Of a stretch of DNA of 64,000 nucleotides, positions 59,391 through 64,000 are shown in pieces. This DNA is from Amoebidium appalachense. Its lineage: Eukaryota > Protista > Ichthyosporea. The stretch covers positions 6,089,943 through 6,153,942 of the forward strand of contig CAVNZM010000002.1 in assembly GCA_963693365.1 (NCBI GenBank). Direction: 5' to 3'. Within the stretch, counting starts at the first letter, position 1. The number at the start of each line of letters is the position of its first letter. Below the pieces are notes generated by a model that had not been told where the DNA came from, ran no database searches, and saw only the letters and a list, made by a program, of their open reading frames with translations. A program made the translations under genes and the position numbers.

Positions 59391-60467
59391 CGGCCCCCAC
59401 CCCCCCACACACACGTGCGCGCACAAAAATCCCTTTCGAATTCCTAATTTTATTTCAACCCCTCCTTCCCCCCTCCCTCCCCCCCCCCCCCCCCCCAGCT
59501 CTCTCCCGAGACTCTCTCTCCCCCTCCACCCCCTCCCCCCAAAAGAAGGGAAAAAAGCCTTTTCCCCTTCGTCCCTCCTACCTCGTGCTTCCAACGCACG
59601 TCCAAGCACAATCCTTTGGCGGCCGTGCATGGCCTTCATTTTCGATGGAATTCTCCCCCCATCCTCCCCCTCCCCCCTCTTCTCCTGCGTCCTTGCTCCC
59701 CCTATCTCCGGCCTGCTAATATTAATGATGTGACCATCGATTTTTTTATCAAGTCTGCATATTATGAAACCACAGAAAAAAAAGTAGGAATATGATGGTA
59801 ACACATTCAATCCACAATCATTACATACACGAACTGTGGCACCTGCACACGTAGGAGCATCAGGAGGCTGGAATTCGAATCTGTGCAAACGTGTTACGAT
59901 ATGTATACAAGTTTGGCGCAAACAAATTATGTTAGAGACAACAGCACCTTTTCGTTATCATCTGCATGCATTAATATTCAGTTCCCCCCTGCCTCCACGA
60001 CCGTTTTGCGCATACTGACTCTTCCCCCCCCCCCCCACCCCCCCCCCCCCCCCCAAAAAAAAAAAAAAAAAAAAAACGCAAAAAAAATAAAAATAATAAT
60101 AATAAAATAAACTTTAAGAAAGGGTAAAAGAAAGGGAAGAAAAAGAAGAGGGAAAGGGTTGGAATCTCCAGGGCCCCGACAGTCACACCAACGCATGGCA
60201 ATGCACCACCGGTCCTTACCAGTCCAAAAAACAGGGTCAGATAACTGTAACCGTAGCTGATTGTTACACTTTTATGCATGTGACACCCGTGTGCAAATCT
60301 ACACCTCATGTTCACCATCCACACATATGACCCGAAAAACAATTACGAATACCATGAGAGTTATCAAGACGAACGGAAATCATCGTTTTCACATGATTAT
60401 TGCCATTATGATAGTATGTACAGATGGTTGGAGGTGCTTCCGAAGAATTTCACTAGAGACACAAAAG

Positions 60468-60500
<33 letters not shown>

Positions 60501-60778
60501 ACACACACAAAAAAAAAAAAAAGAAACAAAAAAAAAAAAAAAAACATGAAACTACAGAAACCACTCACACATACATGAGTGTAGAACGCTGCAAAATGTA
60601 TTATATCCTCTATACACGAACAGCGGGTTCACGAAGATACCCATACACCCAGAAAATTCCTTTCACCACAACATGCTGCCTTCTATATAGGTCATTCAGG
60701 AATGTGAAACAGGTGACTGCAGGAACTCACACATACTCATATAAATACAGCAATCGCACATTCATTCCGAGTATGACT

Positions 60779-62104
60779 CTAGGCTGTCCCAGCCCCACCA
60801 ACCGCCACCGCCTCCGCACTACCCGACGGCCCAGGTGCCTCCCCCTTGCCGGCCTCTTGTGGCTGCAAAAACACGTGGCCCATAATGGGCATACTCTCTG
60901 CCGTCACATTCCACTTTGCGCTGCTCCGGAGGGCGGCAAAGACAAACAACGCGACGACGGCAACCAACCAGGCACAGAGCACTGGTATATTCACATACAG
61001 CCGGTCATATGACCCATAAAGCAAAGTCTTGCTGGCCATAGTCGAGTGGTAGAGGGGGAGAACCACCCCCCAACGAAAGAAAGGGCTGGCAAGTTCGAGA
61101 ACATTCAGCCCGGCCGTGGCGTTGAGAATAAGGACCACGAAAAACACGGGGGGGATAAGCTCCACTCCTCCAAACATGCCTATTGCAGCGAAAAGGTAGC
61201 CGAAGATCAACATGACGAGCCATTGCAAAAGCCAAAAGGACACCCAGTCGCCCGCGGAATAAAGTCTCGTGTGCAGCACGGTAAGGATGCAGGTAAACGA
61301 CAGACACAACGTGCCTGCCCAGAAAAACATAACACAAGCAACGATGCCTATGCGCCTGACAGGTGGGAAGGTAACACACGTGCGCCCAGCAACCTTCAGC
61401 AGGACCGTGGAGACGATCATGGCAAACACCATGACCAGAATCATGCCCACCATCAGGGCGGCCTGGGTGACGGGTGCCGTAAACGGGTGCAGGTTGACGG
61501 GTCGGAAGGCAACGGGTCGGGTCAGGAGAGTAGGGGCTGTTTGTGCGAGTGTTGCAAGGGTGTTACTGCTGGTGTTGGCTGCAAGCTGGGTGAGAAATTG
61601 CGCCGCGAATCTCCCCATATAGGCAAACAGTAGCTGCTGTGTGGGTGCAACTACTCTCGTATTGACGGCCACGTTTGCCCTCCCCTCGTCATACACCAAC
61701 ATAATGGCCCCGGTGGGGTCATAACTGCTGTCTGCTGTGCTCACTGCACTCATCAGTGTCTGTGTGGCACCTGCAGTCACATACACCGCACCCCAAACAT
61801 CGCCATCATTCACTCCCTGCTGTATGCTCTGGCTTGTTTCGCCTTGCAACCCCGCCACCTCTAGCGAGTATCCGGGTAGGGAAAAGGGTGGGTGTGCTAT
61901 TGCCTGTTCAAAAAACTTGAGAAACGAAGTACCAACAATGCCTGCGTCTAGTGAAAGAACACGCACGGTCAGGTTGTCTTGAAAGGTCTCTGGTGAGGCT
62001 GTGGGCCCGAAGAAACAGCACAGTGCCAACCAGTAGACAGCATTGAGCACCGCACACAATCCAAGGAGAATAACTATCAGGGGTGGGCGTTGTGGGGTAG
62101 CCAT
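60779..62104 (-). CDS. Intronless multi-pass membrane protein, DUF3533/SNG1-like (ABC-2-type permease fold)
   Basis: 441 aa; one N-terminal TM, extracellular domain (VLSLDAG.VG...WGAVYV.AGAT...YDP...YDEGR), about six C-terminal TMs with F.RWG..LP. Confidence 0.8.
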   Translation of the reverse strand: MATPQRPPLIVILLGLCAVLNAVYWLALCCFFGPTASPETFQDNLTVRVLSLDAGIVGTSFLKFFEQAIAHPPFSLPGYSLEVAGLQGETSQSIQQGVNDGDVWGAVYVTAGATQTLMSAVSTADSSYDPTGAIMLVYDEGRANVAVNTRVVAPTQQLLFAYMGRFAAQFLTQLAANTSSNTLATLAQTAPTLLTRPVAFRPVNLHPFTAPVTQAALMVGMILVMVFAMIVSTVLLKVAGRTCVTFPPVRRIGIVACVMFFWAGTLCLSFTCILTVLHTRLYSAGDWVSFWLLQWLVMLIFGYLFAAIGMFGGVELIPPVFFVVLILNATAGLNVLELASPFFRWGVVLPLYHSTMASKTLLYGSYDRLYVNIPVLCAWLVAVVALFVFAALRSSAKWNVTAESMPIMGHVFLQPQEAGKGEAPGPSGSAEAVAVGGAGTA

Positions 62105-62995
62105 CGTGAATATTTAGTCATCTCTGAGCACCATCAATATATATGCAAGATCTAGAGGCTGTGCCGCCCCCGGGCTGTGATTGATGAAGGTAAAGGGATG
62201 GGAGTGGGACTGTATCAAAAGGAGAAATCAACCTTAGCAAACTTAACTGTATTCTTTTGTAAAGAGAGCCAAAGAGCGATTTACGTATTTCTCGTTGTGA
62301 CTGTGTACTGCCCCCCTGTACTGCTGTACTGCCCTCTTTCAACTCGAGGTGACGCCTGGTTGGCCTGGCTTGCCGGAAGTCTCGTGTTTTCCTTGATACA
62401 ACGCGGGAAGTGCACGCGTGATATGTATGTCTCCTGATTGGACAAATATCTACCATTCATGAGCCACGAATGGCTGTACAGCTTATCTACCCATATTTGT
62501 AATGACTAGCCTATTACGGCTAATCCGTGCCCGCCATCGCAGCGAGCACATTCCAGTGTTAAACTTTCTTAACCGCTCGTTCCCGCTGGGACCCGCCAGC
62601 TCAGCGGCACCGCGTTTTTAGACTCTCTCACCCGACTCTCTCTCCATCACCCAGCTTCAATTCTCACCCAAGCCATAAATAATGGAGGGGGTGAATTTTT
62701 ACAGTCAAGCCCTAGCAATGGCAACATGGCCTAACTGGGCTTCTCTAATACGTATTCTCTAGCGGGTATTAATGATTGCAGCAACAGGTGCATCAGAAAC
62801 ATGTACAAAACAGAAGCCTTTATCGTTCCCACGTTTGAAGGAATGTGTATTCTATAAACTAGTGTACAAAACATGTGGCTTTTGTTGTCTCAAAGCCTTT
62901 GGCCGGTACACCCCAAAATGTGCACGTGCATACGTCCACAATGTTTTCCTATGTAACAGTGTACCGACGCCTGTGAAATACTCCAACGCAATACT

Positions 62996-63672
62996 CTACT
63001 TTTGGTAGAAAGGAACACTGTTTTTAGCTACCTGGGACATGGGGTACCCCTGTGCCTGCCAGGCCTTAAAGCCGCCATCCAAACTCCTGACGTTGGTGAA
63101 CCCAAGCTCTTGCAGCGTTCGTGCTGTCAGCGCCCCACGGATCCCTGCCGCACAGCAGATTAGAAAAAACAGTTAATGGTGGTGGCGGTGGTTTGCATGA
63201 TTTGAAGGAGGATCAGGAGGAGCCTCAGAGGGGGGGGGAGGCGGGGGAAGTAGGTCGTGAGGCGATTCTATGGGCATTGTATATGCGCACGCGCATTAAG
63301 TTGCCAAGATTCATGAGCCAAAATTTACACCCAAGCCCCTCCCCTCCCTTCCTCTCCCTCCTCCCCCCTCCCCCGTCCCCCCAACCACACAGACACCCGC
63401 ACACGCATACCAAGAGCTCGCTCCCCCCCCCCTCCCCCCCCTCAAAAAAAGATGCACAAATACCCATGGGGAACACACACAGTCACCACACCCACAACCA
63501 CCTTCACAACTGCCACTAATATTCTCCCACTCACATATACACTTGTGAAAACACAGCCCCCATCCTTGTGTGCGAGGGACGAAGGCATAGAATGGTGCAG
63601 ACAGACAGACGCAACAGCAACGATAATATGGGGACTTACCGGCAGCACAGAATGTGATGATGGGCGCATCAT
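62996..63672 (-). CDS. Rhodanese-domain sulfurtransferase, last two exons (upstream exons not identified)
   Basis: Exons 63672-63640 and 63144-62996 with GT-AG sites splice to PIITFCAAGIRGALTARTLQELGFTNVRSLDGGFKAWQAQGYP..., the catalytic loop and C-terminal signature. Confidence 0.85.
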
Positions 63673-64000
63673 CTGCGTGGGTACTCTGTTAGTGGCACAC
63701 ACGGTACACGTTCACTACTATATGACCAACAGCGGACCACACAGTAGTCTGACACTTAGTGTGTGGCTATGCCCCACCCATATCAGCCTTTTACTTTCTT
63801 CAAAGAGGAAAAAAAAAGAAAAAGAAAACAAACCAAAAGGCGTGCAATGCCGTATGGGTACTCGATTTGTCAATACCGGTTAGACATAACATGTAATCGA
63901 AAGAAAAGGAGTGTTGACTTTCAGTCTGCCCGATATTCCTACTTTTTCTGTTGTTTATTTTTGCAAGCGCCAGCGCTGGTATTACTATCATTAGTTAGAC

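Noticed and set aside
60308-61633. Plus-strand ORFs overlapping the DUF3533 gene
   Set aside because: No motifs; antisense shadows or low-complexity sequence.

Overview
Eukaryotic genomic DNA with intron-rich genes and very long (CA/TG)n, poly-G/poly-C and poly-A/T tracts; many ORF frameshifts fall in short homopolymers, suggesting long-read consensus errors. In order, the window holds: a young Ty3/gypsy chromovirus (1-8236); an RT-less gag + tyrosine-recombinase element with split direct repeats (8567-11654); a small CYSTM-like gene; a spliced M17 leucyl aminopeptidase; a degenerate non-LTR retrotransposon (RT, RNase H, CCHC) whose 216-bp tandem repeat is interrupted by a Ty1/copia element (33664-39016); a PHD-SET gene (MLL5/Set3-like); CCDC86/CGR1; an intronless DUF3533/SNG1-like gene; and the 3' end of a rhodanese gene. 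The top candidate for a new system is the copia element. Its 5' end carries a non-decoding tRNA mimic whose 12-nt 5' leader (GAGAUCUUAACC) is complementary to a site at the element's PBS position, suggesting a self-encoded primer released by RNase P; it also has non-repeated termini and no TSD. The second candidate is a dispersed intronic structured-RNA family with covariation, a palindromic loop and hammerhead core strands in non-canonical order. Both mechanisms are inferred, not demonstrated.
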